A stretch of 64,000 bases of DNA. It comes from Marsupella aquatica (lineage: Eukaryota > Plantae > Marchantiophyta). The stretch spans positions 3,806,944-3,870,943 of the forward strand of contig OZ316894.1 in assembly GCA_973895155.1 (NCBI GenBank), written 5' to 3'. Below, piece by piece: positions 62,101 to 64,000 of the stretch. The position numbers and the translations under genes are program-made. The notes beneath the pieces are model-generated. The model made no database searches. It had not been told where the DNA came from and was given only the letters and a program-made list of their open reading frames with translations. How positions within the stretch are numbered: position 1 is the stretch's first letter; every line of letters starts with the position of its first letter.

Positions 62101-63640
62101 AAAATACGACAAAGATCCGGCGGGGTCTTCAGCGCCCACGTGTAATATTCTGTAATAGATAAGGTGAAGCTTGCCGTTCCCCTTGACCTGAAGTGCCTGG
62201 AGAGGAACAAGCACATCGTCCTGTAGCTGTCTGGAACAAAAGGTTGCTTCATTAAAATCTTCCATGCGTTGCAGCTCAGCTGCCGGATCTCAACTAGAAT
62301 TTCCATGATGTCATAATTATACCACAGGTGATGATGCGTTAGTATACAGTTAATGCAAAAGATATTTGCAAGAATCACCTTCGAACCCACCGCACTCGCA
62401 CGGTGGAACCCGCTAAGATTGGTGCCATCGCCTCAAGTCGGTATTTCTTATGTTGACCTCGTCCAATCCTACTCAATAGCCTTAGTGAATCATGTTGCCT
62501 CCCCTTGAATCATCTAATTACCAGATCTAAATAAATCAAATGCGTGGTTCATCTGATGCCCCCGCTCATGCACCGAAAAACTATTTGAAGACGCTGCTGC
62601 ATATTCTTGCAAACGAACACGACACACTAATTGTTTGGCAAGTGATGAGAGAGTTGAATTGCCGGAAACTGTTTCTTTCTCATCAGCAAAATGAGAAATC
62701 TAAGCCCGGATGGACCCAAAAGTAGACGTTGGGTCTGAGGCTTGGATAGACTGATCGACCAAACCCTTTACAGTTAGCTAGGTCACTAAATCGACAGGCA
62801 ACTCCGTTATGTTCGCTTATCCCGGCAGCCAGTGTCGCATAATATTGGGTGACAGCAAGTATAGACTACTTGTTGTCGTGCCCAAGTGTGGCTTCCACAG
62901 CACATCATCATATTTGGTGTCATTTTCTGTGATGTACGCGTCCTTGCGTTTTCTTTGTCTCTCTTTGTTTTAATTATCTTCAAGATGATTACCCCCGAGA
63001 TCGCACAACAAGGCCACTTGATGTGACTTCTCTCCTTTGAATGCCTTCGAGCTTAAATTCGTCGCCATCAAGTACTCTTCGGCATGTGTTATTGCAGACG
63101 TGAGTGCGGGCGTGAGTGCTCTGTCACGTCAGGGTAGGGCTCGGGCTTGTGCTTCAATTCAAAGAGAGCTTGTCACAAAATCAGTGGCCTTAAGTCATGT
63201 ACTTTAGATCAATCAGTGACAATCCTCCCAACATCATCGTTCAGTAAGCTCATTGACATCATTAAGCAGGAAGGATGACTCTGGGAGTGTGCCTCCATCC
63301 TCGGTGACCTCAAAATTTCTAGACACGCTTCCAAAATTGGAATGGACTTGAGTCTCGTTACTTTACACTTCCTTCTGCTCCCAATTTAGATTCTCCCGGG
63401 ACCAGAGAGCACTGTCTTGAAACAGTTCCAATTGAAATGAACGGCTCAAAAGCTTTAGTGACAAATAATTTTGATCTGGCCAGGCCGTTCTTCAATTCTT
63501 TCAGTCACACCTTTCTCCACACAATTGAGATTTTGGGCGAGCTGAAGAATTGACTTATTTAATTTGGAAAAATTCAATGAGTGATTAGAGAATATTCTGG
63601 CTGGGTGACACTTCATCGATTCTTGAATGTCGACATTGGA
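59160..63640 (-). pseudogene. RLK/Pelle kinase module copy B (pseudokinase or pseudogene; APE motif deleted in frame)
   Basis: Open exons 61365-61217, 60725-60576 and 60118-59975 with intact AG/GT sites; no HRD, DFG or APE. Confidence 0.8.
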
Positions 63641-64000
63641 TCCCCGAAATTGACACAAGTTGGGTATATAATTTCTTTTCATAATTTGTTTTGCAACCCT
63701 TTCTTTCAGTCTGCCCACTAGCCATCAATTCCATTAATGAAATAAGGTGGCCACTCCTAGGGTTGACCCTTGTTGGTTTCTCTTACATGTGCGATGGCCC
63801 CCATTGAATCTCTTCCAAAAGAAATATATACCAACCATTCATATATTGACAGATGGTGGATGAATCATGGGATGACAGAGAGCATTTTTGAATGGCTGCC
63901 TCCTTGGTTACCCCTTCCTGGCTGCATCTAAATATCTCCAAGAATTAAAGGAACCACCCTTTACTTTGTTCTCACACCATGTTGGAAGATTTGGAAGCTC

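Noticed and set aside
61983-62390. Minus ORF (and 56772-56987) as the missing N-terminal exon of the kinase module
   Set aside because: No N-lobe or USP motifs recognised, the two copies diverge with indels, and no compatible splice path was found.

Overview
Eukaryotic nuclear DNA from a land plant, probably a bryophyte such as a liverwort (inferred from gene style and transposon content). Five intact-looking host genes were assembled by hand from GT-AG sites: a 4-exon U-box/ARM protein (-), an adjacent intronless ARM-only protein (-), a 3-exon GH35 beta-galactosidase (+), a 13-exon PDE327-like FAD oxidoreductase (-) and a 10-exon BIN4 (+). Remnants include a glutamine synthetase pseudogene and three rearranged copies of a receptor-like-kinase C-lobe module. 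That module lacks HRD and DFG but keeps open exons and splice sites. Mobile DNA comprises a degenerate Ty1/copia element whose gag is cut by a nested LTR, a probable solo LTR, a decayed multi-ORF retroelement cargo block, two SINEs with target-site duplications, a 235-bp Helitron and several foldback or tandem repeats. The most interesting leads are the pseudokinase array with complementary deletions, the atypical U-box plus ARM-only pair, and the multi-ORF cargo block with repeated GTCGACCCGG motifs. Coordinates were counted by eye and may be off by a few bases. No database search was run.
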